Shown here: positions 24,001-36,000 of the stretch, in pieces
How positions within the stretch are numbered: position 1 is the first letter of the stretch
How the letters are laid out: each line of letters starts with the position of its first letter
DNA from: Squalus acanthias
Taxonomy: Eukaryota
DNA length: 64,000 nucleotides
Direction: 5' to 3'
Assembly (NCBI GenBank): GCA_030390025.1
Contig: JASTWF010000088.1
Span: 1,178,001 to 1,242,000, forward strand
Made by a program: the position numbers and the translations under genes
The notes under the pieces: generated by a model
Databases searched by the model: none
The model's input: only the letters and a program-made list of their open reading frames with translations
Told to the model about the DNA's origin: nothing

Positions 24001-27000
24001 TTGATTTCCAGGGGCTCTGTGTTGTGTTGTGTTGGGGTTGATTTCCAGGGGCTCTGTGTTGTGTTGGGGTTGATTTCCAGGGGCTCTGTGTTGTGTTGTG
24101 TTGGGTTGATTTCCAGGGGCTCTGGTGTTGTGTTGGGGTTGATTTCCAGGGGCTCTGTGTTGTGTTGTGTTGGGTTGATTTCCAGGGGCTCTGTGTTGTG
24201 TTGGTGGGTTGATTTCCAGGGGCTCTGTGTTGTGTTGGGGTTGATTTCCAGGGGCTCTGTGTTGTGTGTTGGGGTTGATTTCCAGGGGCTCTGTGTTGTG
24301 TTGTGTTGGGGTTGATTTCCAGGGGCTCTGTGTTGTGTTGGGGTTGATTTCCAGGGGCTCTGTGTTGTGTTGGGGTTGATTTCCAGGGGCTCTGTGTTGT
24401 GTTGTGTTGGGGTTGATTTCCAGGGGCTCTGTGTTGTGTTGTGTTGGGGTTGATTTCCAGGGGCTCTGTGTTGTGTTGTGTTGGGGTTGATTTCCAGGGG
24501 CTCTGTGTTGTGTTGGGGTTGATTTCCAGGGGCTCTGTGTTGTGTTGGGGTTGATTTCCAGGGGCTCTGTGTTGTGTTGTGTTGGGGTTGATTTCCAGGG
24601 GCTCTGTGTTGTGTTGTGTTGGGGTTGATTTCCAGGGGCTCTGTGTTGTGTTGTGTTGGGGTTGATTTCCAGGGGCTCTGTGTTGTGTTGTGTTGGGGTT
24701 GATTTCCAGGGGCTCTGTGTTGTGTTGTGTTGGGTTGATTTCCAGGGGCTCTGTGTTGTGTTGGGGTTGATTTCCAGGGGCTCTGTGTTGTGTTGTGTTG
24801 GGGTTGATTTCCAGGGGCTCTGTGTTGTGTTGTGTTGGGGTTGATTTCCAGGGGCTCTGTGTTGTGTTGTGTTGGGGTTGATTTCCAGGGGCTCTGTGTT
24901 GTGTTGGGGTTGATTTCCAGGGGCTCTGTGTTGTGTTGGGGTTGATTTCCAGGGGCTCTGTGTTGTGTTGGGGTTGATTTCCAGGGGCTCTGTGTTGTGT
25001 TGTGTTGGGGTTGATTTCCAGGGGCTCTGTGTTGTGTTGGGGTTGATTTCCAGGGGCTCTGTGTTGTTGTGTTGGGGTTGATTTCCAGGGCTCTGTGTTG
25101 TTGTGTTGGGGTTGATTTCCAGGGGCTCTGTGTTGTGTTGGGGTTGATTTCCAGGGGCTCTGTGTTGTGTTGTGTTGGGGTTGATTTCCAGGGGCTCTGT
25201 GTTGTGTTGTGTTGGGGTTGATTTCCAGGGGCTCTGTGTTGTGTTGTGGGGTTGATTTCCAGGGGCTCTGTGTTGTGTTGTGTTGGGGTTGATTTCCAGG
25301 GGCTCTGTGTTGTGTTGGGGTTGATTTCCAGGGGCTCTGTGTTGTGTTGTGTTGGGGTTGATTTCCAGGGGCTCTGTGTTGTGTTGGCAGTTGATTTCCA
25401 GGGGCTCTGTGTTGTGTTGTGTTGGGGTTGATTTCCAGGGGCTCTGTGTTGTGTTGGGGTTGATTTCCAGGGGCTCTGTGTTGTGTTGTGTTGGGGTTGA
25501 TTTCCAGGGGCTCTGTGTTGTGTTGTGTTGGGTTGATTTCCAGGGGCTCTGTGTTGTGTTGGGGTTGATTTCCAGGGGCTCTGTGTTGTGTTGTGTTGGG
25601 GTTGATTTCCAGGGGCTCTGTGTTGTGTTGTGTTGGGTTGATTTCCAGGGGCTCTGTGTTGTGTTGGGGTTGATTTCCAGGGGCTCTGTGTTGTGTTGTG
25701 TTGGGTTGATTTCCAGGGGCTCTGTGTTGTGTTGTGTTGGGGTTGATTTCCAGGGGCTCTGTGTGTTGTGTTGGGGTTGATTTCCAGGGGCTCTGTGTTG
25801 TGTTGGGGTTGATTTCCAGGGGCTCTGTGTTGTGTTGTGTTGGGGTTGATTTCCAGGGGCTCTGTGTTGTGTTGGGGTTGATTTCCAGGGGCTCTGTGTT
25901 GTGTTGGGGGGTTGATTTCCAGGGGCTCTGTGTTGTGTTGTGTTGGGGTTGATTTCCAGGGGCTCTGTGTTGTGTTGTGGGGTTGATTTCCAGGGGCTCT
26001 GTGTTGTGTGTGTTGGGGTTGATTTCCAGGGGCTCTGTGTTGTGTTGGGGTTGATTTCCAGGGGCTCTGTGTTGTGTTGGGGTTGATTTCCAGGGGCTCT
26101 GTGTTGTGTTGTGTTGGGTTGATTTCCAGGGGCTCTGTGTTGTGTTGTGTTGGGGTTGATTTCCAGGGCTCTGTGTTGTGTTGGGGTTGATTTCCAGGGG
26201 CTCTGTGTTGTGTTGTGTTGGGGTTGATTTCCAGGGGCTCTGTGTTGTGTTGTTGGGGTTGATTTCCAGGGGCTCTGTGTTGTGTTGGGGTTGATTTCCA
26301 GGGGCTCTGTGTTGTGTTGGTGGGGTTGATTTCCAGGGGCTCTGTGTTGTGTTGTGTTGGGGTTGATTTCCAGGGGCTCTGTGTTGTGTTGGGGTTGATT
26401 TCCAGGGGCTCTGTGTTGTGTTGTGTTGGGGTTGATTTCCAGGGCTCTGTGTTGTGTTGTGTTGGGGTTGATTTCCAGGGGCTCTGTGTTGTGTTGGGGT
26501 TGATTTCCAGGGGCTCTGTGTGTGTTGTGTTGGGGTTGATTTCCAGGGGCTCTGTGTTGTGTTGGGGTTGATTTCCAGGGGCTCTGTGTTGTGTTGTTGG
26601 GTTGATTTCCAGGGGCTCTGTGTTGTGTTGTGTTGGGGTTGATTTCCAGGGGCTCTGTGTTGTGTTGGGGTTGATTTCCAGGGGCTCTGTGTTGTGTTGT
26701 GTTGGGGTTGATTTCCAGGGGCTCTGTGTTGTGTTGTGTTGGGGTTGATTTCCAGGGGCTCTGTGTTGTGTTGGGGTTGATTTCCAGGGGCTCTGTGTTG
26801 TGTTGTGTTGGGGTTGATTTCCAGGGGCTCTGTGTTGTGTTGTGTTGGGGTTGATTTCCAGGGGCTCTGTGTTGTGTTGTGTTGGGGTTGATTTCCAGGG
26901 GCTCTGTGTTGTGTTGGGGTTGATTTCCAGGGGCTCTGTGTTGTGTTGTGTGGGGTTGATTTCCAGGGGCTCTGTGTTGTGTTGTGTTGGGGTTGATTTC

Positions 27001-30000
27001 CAGGGGCTCTGTGTTGTGTTGGGGTTGATTTCCAGGGGCTCTGTGTTGTGTTGTGTTGGGGTTGATTTCCAGGGGCTCTGTGTTGTGTTGGGGTTGATTT
27101 CCAGGGGCTCTGTGTTGTGTTGTGTTGGGGTTGATTTCCAGGGGCTCTGTGTTGTGTTGGGGTTGATTTCCAGGGGCTCTGTGTTGTGTTGGGGTTGATT
27201 TCCAGGGGCTCTGTGTTGTGTTGTGTTGGGGTTGATTTCCAGGGGCTCTGTGTTGTGTTGTGTTGGGTTGATTTCCAGGGGCTCTGTGTTGTGTTGTGTT
27301 GGGGTTGATTTCCAGGGGCTCTGTGTTGTGTTGGGGTTGATTTCCAGGGGCTCTGTGTTGTGTTGTGTTGGGGTTGATTTCCAGGGGCTCTGTGTTGTGT
27401 TGTGTTGGGGTTGATTTCCAGGGGCTCTGTGTTGTGTTGTGTTGGGGTTGATTTCCAGGGGCTCTGTGTTGTGTTGGGGTTGATTTCCAGGGGCTCTGTG
27501 TTGTGTTGGGGGTTGATTTCCAGGGGCTCTGTGTTGTGTTGTGTTGGGGTTGATTTCCAGGGGCTCTGTGTTGTGTTGTGTTGGGGTTGATTTCCAGGGG
27601 CTCTGTGTTGTGTTGTTGGGGTTGATTTCCAGGGGCTCTGTGTTGTGTTGGGTTGATTTCCAGGGGCTCTGTGTTGTGTTGTGTTGGGGTTGATTTCCAG
27701 GGGCTCTGTGTTGTGTTGTGTTGGGTTGATTTCCAGGGGCTCTGTGTTGTGTTGTGTTGGGGTTGATTTCCAGGGGCTCTGTGTTGTGTTGGGTTGATTT
27801 CCAGGGGCTCTGTGTTGTGTTGGGGTTGATTTCCAGGGGCTCTGTGTTGTGTTGGGGTTGATTTCCAGGGGCTCTGTGTTGTGTTGTGTTGGGGTTGATT
27901 TCCAGGGGCTCTGTGTTGTGTTGGGGTTGATTTCCAGGGGCTCTGTGTTGTGTTGTGTTGGGGTTGATTTCCAGGGGCTCTGTGTTGTGTTGTGTTGGGG
28001 TTGATTTCCAGGGGCTCTGTGTTGTGTTGGGGTTGATTTCCAGGGGCTCTGTGTTGTGTTGTGTTGGGGTTGATTTCCAGGGGCTCTGTGTTGTGTTGTG
28101 TTGGGGTTGATTTCCAGGGGCTCTGTGTTGTGTTGGGGTTGATTTCCAGGGGCTCTGTGTTGTGTTGTGTTGGGGTTGATTTCCAGGGGCTCTGTGTTGT
28201 GTTGGGGTTGATTTCCAGGGGCTCTGTGTTGTGTGTGTTGGGTTGATTTCCAGGGGCTCTGTGTTGTGTTGTGTTGGGGTTGATTTCCAGGGCTCTGTGT
28301 TGTGTTGGGGTTGATTTCCAGGGGCTCTGTGTTGTGTTGTGTTGGGTTGATTTCCAGGGGCTCTGTGTTGTGTTGGGTTGATTTCCAGGGGCTCTGTGTT
28401 GTGTTGTGTTGGGGTTGATTTCCAGGGGCTCTGTGTTGTGTTGTGTTGGGGTTGATTTCCAGGGGCTCTGTGTTGTGTTGTGTTGGGTTGATTTCCAGGG
28501 GCTCTGTGTTGTGTTGTGTTGGGGTTGATTTCCAGGGGCTCTGTGTTGTGTTGGGGATTATTTCCAGGGGCTCTGTGTTGTGTTGGGGTTGATTTCCAGG
28601 GGCTCTGTGTTGTGTTGTGTTGGGGTTGATTTCCAGGGGCTCTGTGTTGTGTTGGGGTTGATTTCCAGGGGCTCTTGTTGTGTTGTGTTGGGGTTGATTT
28701 CCAGGGGCTCTGTGTTGTGTCGGTGGTTGATTTCCAGGGGCTCTGTGTTGTGTTGGGGTTGATTTCCAGGGGCTCTGTGTTGTTTGTGTTGGGGTTGATT
28801 TCCAGGGGCTCTGTGTTGTGTTGTGTTGGGGTTGATTTCCAGGGGCTCTGTGTTGTGTTGGGGTTGATTTCCAGGGGCTCTGTGTTGTGTTGTGTTGGGG
28901 TTGATTTCCAGGGGCTCTGTGTTGTGTTGTGTTGGGGTTGATTTCCAGGGGCTCTGTGTTGTGTTGGGGTTGATTTCCAGGGGCTCTGTGTTGTGTTGGG
29001 GTTGATTTCCAGGGGCTCTGTTGTGTTGGGGGTTATTTCCAGGGGCTCTGTGTTGTGTTGTGTTGGGGTTGATTTCCAGGGGCTCTGTGTTGTGTTGTGT
29101 GGGTTGATTTCCAGGGGCTCTGTGTGTTGTGTTGGGTTTATTTCCAGGGGCTCTGTGTTGTGTTGCAGTTGATTTCCAGGGGCTCTGTGTTGTGTTGTGT
29201 TGGGGTTGATTTCCAGGGGCTCTGTGTTGTGTTGTGTTGGGGTTGATTTCCAGGGGCTCTGTGTTGTGTTGTGTTGGGGTTGATTTCCAGGGGCTCTGTG
29301 TTGTGTTGGGGTTTATTTCCAGGGGCTCTGTGTTGTGTTGCTGTTGATTTCCAGGGGCTCTGTGTTGTGTTGTGTTGGGGTTGATTTCCAGGGGCTCTGT
29401 GTTGTGTTGTGTTGGGGTTGATTTCCAGGGGCTCTGTGTTGTGTTGTGTTGGGGTTGATTTCCAGGGGCTCTGTGTTGTGTTGGGGTTGATTTCCAGGGT
29501 CTCTGTGTTGTGTTGGGGTTGATTTCCAGGGGCTCTGTGTTGTGTTGGGGTTGATTTCCAGGGGCTCTGTGTTGTGTTGTGTTGGGGTTGATTTCCAGGG
29601 GCTCTGTGTTGTGTTGGGGTTGATTTCCAGGGGCTCTGTGTTGTGTTGTGTTGGGGTTGATTTCCAGGGGCTCTGTGTTGTGTTGTGTTGGGGTTGATTT
29701 CCAGGGGCTCTGTGTTGTGTTGGGGTTGACTTCCAGGGGCTCTGTGTTGTGTTGTGTTGGGGTTGATTTCCAGGGGCTCTGTGTTGTGTTGTGTTGGGGT
29801 TGATTTCCAGGGGCTCTGTGTTGTGTTGGGGTTGATTTCCAGGGGCTCTGTGTTGTGTTGTGTTGGGGTTGATTTCCAGGGGCTCTGTGTTGTGTTGGGG
29901 TTGATTTCCAGGGGCTCTGTGTTGTGTTGTGTTGGGGTTGATTTCCAGGGGCTCTGTGTTGTGTTGTGTTGTGTTGGGGTTGATTTCCAGGGCTCTGTGT

Positions 30001-33000
30001 TGTGTTGGGGTTGATTTCCAGGGGCTCTGTGTTGTGTTGTGTTGTGTTGGGATTTATTTCCAGGGGCTCTGTGTTGTGTTGCAGTTGATTTCCAGGGGCT
30101 CTGTGTTGTGTTGTGTTGGGGTTGATTTCCAGGGGCTCTGTGTTGTGTTGTGTTGGGGTTGATTTCCAGGGGCTCTGTGTTGTGTTGTGTTTGGGTTGAT
30201 TTCCAGGGGCTCTGTGTTGTGTTGTGTTGGGGTTGATTTCCAGGGGCTCTGTGTTGTGTTGTGTCGGGGTTGATTTCCAGGGGCTCTGTGTTGTGTTGTG
30301 TTGGGGTTGATTTCCAGGGGCTCTGTGTTGTGTTGTGTTGGGGTTGATTTCCAGGGGCTCTGTGTTGTTTTGGGGTTGATTTCCAGGGGCTCTGTGTTGT
30401 GTTGTGTTGGGGTTGATTTCCAGGGGCTCGGTGTTGTGTTGGGGTTGATTTCCAGGGGCTCTGTGTTGTGTTGGGGTTGATTTCCAAGGGCTCTGTGTTG
30501 TGTTGTGTTGGGGTTGATTTCCAGGGGCTCTGTGTTGTGTTGTGTTGGGATTTATTTCCAGGGGCTCTGTGTTGTGTTGTGTTGGGGTTGATTTCCAGGG
30601 GCTCTGTGTTGTGTTGGGGTTGATTTCCAGGGGCTCTGTGTTGTGTTGGGGTTTATTTCCAGGGGCTCTGTGTTGTGTGTTGTGTTGGGGTTGATTTCCA
30701 GGGGCTCTGTGTTGTGTTGTGTGTGTTGGGGTTGATTTCCAGGGGCTCTGTGTTGTGTTGTGTTGTGGGGTTGATTTCCAGGGGCTCTGTGTTGTGTTGT
30801 GTTGGGGTTGATTTCCAGGGGCTCTGTGTTGTGTTGTGTTGGGGTTGATTTCCAGGGGCTCGGTGTTGTGTTGGGGTTGATTTCCAGGGGCTCTGTGTTG
30901 TGTTGGGGTTGATTTCCAAGGGCTCTGTGTTGTGTTGTGTTGGGGTTGATTTCCAGGGGCTCTGTGTTGTGTTGTGTTGGGATTTATTTCCAGGGGCTCT
31001 GTGTTGTGTTGTGTTGGGGTTGATTTCCAGGGGCTCTGTGTTGTGTTGGGGTTGATTTCCAGGGGCTCTGTGTTGTGTTGGGGTTTATTTCCAGGGGCTC
31101 TGTGTTGTGTTGTGTTGTGTTGGGGTTGATTTCCAGGGGCTCTGTGTTGTGTTGTGTTGTGTTGGGGTTGATTTCCAGGGGCTCTGTGTTGTGTTGTGTT
31201 GGGGTTGATTTCCAGGGGCTCTGTGTTGTGTTGTGTTTATTTCCAGGGGCTCTGTGTTGTGTTGTGTTGTGTTGGGGTTTATTTCCAGGGGCTCTGTGTT
31301 GTGTTGTGTTGGGGTTGATTTCCAGGTGCTCTGTGTTGTGTTGTGTTGGGGTTGATTTCCAGGGGCTCTGTGTTGTGTTGGGGTTGATTTCCAGGGTCTC
31401 TGTGTTGTGTTGGGGTTGATTTCCAGGGTCTCCGTGTTGTGTTGGGGTTGATTTCCAGGGGCTCTGTGTTGTGTTGTGTTGGGGTTGATTTCCAGGGGCT
31501 CTCTGTGTTGTGTTGGGGTTGATTTCCAGGGGCTCTCTGTGTTGTGTTGGGGTTGATTTCCAGGGGCTCTGTGTTGTGTTGTGTCGGGGTTGATTTCCAG
31601 GGGCTCTGTGTTGTGTTGTGTTGGGGTTGATTTCCAGGGGCTCTGTGTTGTGTTGGGGTTGATTTCCAGGGGCTCTGTGTTGTGTTGTGTTGGGGTTGAT
31701 TTCCAGGAGCTCTGTGTTGTGTTGGGGTTGATTTCCAGGGGCTCTATGTTGTGTTGTGTTGGGGTTGATTTCCAGGGGCTCTGTGTTGTGTCGGTGTTGA
31801 TTTCCAGGGGCTCTGTGTTGTGTTGGGGTTGATTTCCAGGGGCTCTGTGTTGTGTTTTGTTGGGGTTGATTTCCAGGGGCTCTGTGTTGTGTTGTGTTGG
31901 GGTTGATTTCCAGGGGCTCTGTGTTGTGTTGGGGTTGATTTCCAGGGGCTCTGTGTTGTGTTGGGGTTGATTTCCAGGGGCTCTGTGTTGTGTTGTGTTG
32001 GGGTTGATTTCCAGGGGCTCGGTGTTGTGTTGTGTTGGGGTTGATTTCCAGGGGCTCTGTGTTGTGTTGTGTTGGGGTTGATTTCCAGGGGCTCTGTGTT
32101 GTGTTGGGGTTGATTTCCAGGGGCTCTGTTGTGTTGGGGGTTATTTCCAGGGGCTCTGTGTTGTGTTGTGTTGGGGTTGATTTCCAGGGGCTCTGTGTTG
32201 TGTTGTGTTGGGGTTGATTTCCAGGGGCTCTGTGTTGTGTTGGGATTTATTTCCAGGGGCTCTGTGTTGTGTTGCAGTTGATTTCCAGGGGCTCTGTGTT
32301 GTGTTGTGTTGGGGTTGATTTCCAGGGGCTCTGTGTTGTGTTGTGTTGGGGTTGATTTCCAGGGGCTCTGTGTTGTGTTGTGTTGGGGTTGATTTCCAGG
32401 GGCTCTGTGTTGTGTTGGGGTTGATTTCCAGGGGCTCTGTGTTGTGTTGGGGTTGATTTCCAGGGGCTCTGTGTTGTGTTGGGGTTGATTTCCAGGGGCT
32501 CTGTGTTGTGTTGTGTTGGGGTTGATTTCCAGGGGCTCTGTGTTGTGTTGGGGTTGATTTCCAGGGGCTCTGTGTTGTGTTGTGTTGGGGTTGATTTCCA
32601 GGGGCTCTGTGTTGTGTTGTGTTGGGGTTGATTTCCAGGGGCTCTGTGTTGTGTTGGGGTTGATTTCCAGGGGCTCTGTGTTGTGTTGTGTTGGGGTTGA
32701 TTTCCAGGGGCTCTGTGTTGTGTTGTGTTGGGGTTGATTTCCAGGGGCTCTGTGTTGTGTTGGGGTTGATTTCCAGGGGCTCTGTGTTGTGTTGTGTTGG
32801 GGTTGATTTCCAGGGGCTCTGTGTTGTGTTGGGGTTGATTTCCAGGGGCTCTGTGTTGTGTTGTGTTGGGGTTGATTTCCAGGGGCTCTGTGTTGTGTTG
32901 TGTTGGGGTTGATTTCCAGGGCTCTGTGTTGTGTTGGGGTTGATTTCCAGGGGCTCTGTGTTGTGTTGTGTTGGGATTGATTTCCAGGGGCTCTGTGTTG

Positions 33001-36000
33001 TGTTGCAGTTGATTTCCAGGGGCTCTGTGTTGTGTTGTGTTGGGGTTGATTTCCAGGGGCTCTGTGTTGTGTTGTGTTGGGGTTGATTTCCAGGGGCTCT
33101 GTGTTGTGTTGTGTTGGGTTGATTTCCAGGGGCTCTGTGTTGTGTTGTGTTGGGGTTGATTTCCAGGGGCTCTGTGTTGTGTTGTGTTGGGGTTGATTTC
33201 CAGGGGCTCTGTGTTGTGTTGTGTTGGGGTTGATTTCCAGGGGCTCTGTGTTGTGTTGGGGTTGATTTCCAGGGGCTCTGTGTTGTGTTGTGTTGGGGTT
33301 GATTTCCAGGGGCTCTGTGTTGTGTTGGGGTTGATTTCCAGGGGCTCTGTGTTGTGTTGTGTTGGGGTTGATTTCCAGGGGCTCTGTGTTGTGTTGTGTT
33401 GTGTTGGGGTTGATTTCCAGGGCTCTGTGTTGTGTTGGGGTTGATTTCCAGGGGCTCTGTGTTGTGTTGTGTTGGGATTTATTTCCAGGGGCTCTGTGTT
33501 GTGTTGCAGTTGATTTCCAGGGGCTCTGTGTTGTGTTGTGTTGGGGTTGATTTCCAGGGGCTCTGTGTTGTGTTGTGTTGGGGTTGATTTCCAGGGGCTC
33601 TGTGTTGTGTTGTGTTTGGGTTGATTTCCAGGGGCTCTGTGTTGTGTTGTGTTGGGGTTGATTTCCAGGGGCTCTGTGTTGTGTTGTGTCGGGGTTGATT
33701 TCCAGGGGCTCTGTGTTGTGTTGTGTTGGGGTTGATTTCCAGGGGCTCTGTGTTGTGTTGTGTTGGGGTTGATTTCCAGGGGCTCTGTGTTGTTTTGGGG
33801 GTTGATTTCCAGGGGCTCTGTGTTGTGTTGTGTTGGGGTTGATTTCCAGGGGCTCGGTGTTGTGTTGGGGTTGATTTCCAGGGGCTCTGTGTTGTGTTGG
33901 GGTTGATTTCCAAGGGCTCTGTGTTGTGTTGTGTTGGGGTTGATTTCCAGGGGCTCTGTGTTGTGTTGTGTTGGGATTTATTTCCAGGGGCTCTGTGTTG
34001 TGTTGTGTTGGGGTTGATTTCCAGGGGCTCTGTGTTGTGTTGGGGTTGATTTCCAGGGGCTCTGTGTTGTGTTGGGGTTTATTTCCAGGGGCTCTGTGTT
34101 GTGTTGTGTTGTGTTGGGGTTGATTTCCAGGGGCTCTGTGTTGTGTTGTGTTGTGTTGGGGTTGATTTCCAGGGGCTCTGTGTTGTGTTGTGTTGGGGTT
34201 GATTTCCAGGGGCTCTGTGTTGTGTTGTGTTGGGGTTGATTTCCAGGGGCTCTGTGTTGTGTTGTGTTGGGGTTGATTTCCAGGGGCTCTGTGTTGTGTT
34301 GTGTTTATTTCCAGGGGCTCTGTGTTGTGTTGTGTTGTGTTGGGGTTTATTTCCAGGGGCTCTGTGTTGTGTTGTGTTGGGGTTGATTTCCAGGTGCTCT
34401 GTGTTGTGTTGTGTTGGGGTTGATTTCCAGGGGCTCTGTGTTGTGTTGGGGTTGATTTCCAGGGTCTCTGTGTTGTGTTGGGGTTGATTTCCAGGGTCTC
34501 CGTGTTGTGTTGGGGTTGATTTCCAGGGGCTCTGTGTTGTGTTGTGTTGGGGTTGATTTCCAGGGGCTCTCTGTGTTGTGTTGGGGTTGATTTCCAGGGG
34601 CTCTGTGTTGTGTGTGTCGGGGTTGATTTCCAGGGGCTCTGTGTTGTGTTGTGTTGGGGTTGATTTCCAGGGGCTCTGTGTTGTGTTGGGGTTGATTTCC
34701 AGGGGCTCTGTGTTGTGTTGGGGTTGATTTCCAGGGGCTCTATGTTGTGTTGTGTTGGGGTTGATTTCCAGGGGCTCTGTGTTGTGTCGGTGTTGATTTC
34801 CAGGGGCTCTGTGTTGTGTTGGGGTTGATTTCCAGGGGCTCTGTGTTGTGTTGTGTTGGGGTTGATTTCCAGGGGCTCTGTGTTGTGTTGTGTTGGGGTT
34901 GATTTCCAGGGGCTCTGTGTTGTGTTGGGGTTGATTTCCAGGGGCTCTGTGTTGTGTTGGGGTTGATTTCCAGGGGCTCTGTGTTGTGTTGTGTTGGGGT
35001 TGATTTCCAGGGGCTCGGTGTTGTGTTGTGTTGGGGTTGATTTCCAGGGGCTCTGTGTTGTGTTGTGTTGGGGTTGATTTCCAGGGGCTCTGTGTTGTGT
35101 TGGGGTTGATTTCCAGGGGCTCTGTTGTGTTGGGGGTTATTTCCAGGGGCTCTGTGTTGTGTTGTGTTGGGGTTGATTTCCAGGGGCTCTGTGTTGTGTT
35201 GTGTTGGGGTTGATTTCCAGGGGCTCTGTGTTGTGTTGCAGTTGATTTCCAGGGGCTCTGTGTTGTGTTGTGTTGGGGTTGATTTCCAGGGGCTCTGTGT
35301 TGTGTTGGGGTTGATTTCCAGGGGCTCTGTGTTGTGTTGTGTTGGGGTTGATTTCCAGGGGCTCTGTGTTGTGTTGTGTTGTGTTGGGGTTGATTTCCAG
35401 GGGCTCTGTGTTGTGTTGGGGTTGATTTCCAGGGGCTCTGTGTTGTGTTGTGTTGGGATTTATTTCCAGGGGCTCTGTGTTGTGTTGCAGTTGATTTCCA
35501 GGGGCTCTGTGTTGTGTTGTGTTGGGGTTGATTTCCAGGGGCTCTGTGTTGTGTTGTGTTTGGGTTGATTTCCAGGGGCTCTGTGTTGTTTTGGGGGTTG
35601 ATTTCCAGGGGCTCTGTGTTGTGTTGTGTTGGGGTTGATTTCCAGGGGCTCGGTGTTGTGTTGGGGTTGATTTCCAGGGGCTCTGTGTTGTGTTGGGGTT
35701 GATTTCCAAGGGCTCTGTGTTGTGTTGTGTTGGGGTTGATTTCCAGGGGCTCTGTGTTGTGTTGTGTTGGGATTTATTTCCAGGGGCTCTGTGTTGTGTT
35801 GTGTTGGGGTTGATTTCCAGGGGCTCTGTGTTGTGTTGGGGTTGATTTCCAGGGGCTCTGTGTTGTGTTGGGGTTGATTTCCAGGGGCTCTGTGTTGTGT
35901 TGTGTTGTGTTGGGGTTGATTTCCAGGGGCTCTGTGTTGTGTTGTGTTGGGGTTGATTTCCAGGGGCTCTGTGTTGTGTTGTGTTGGGGTTGATTTCCAG

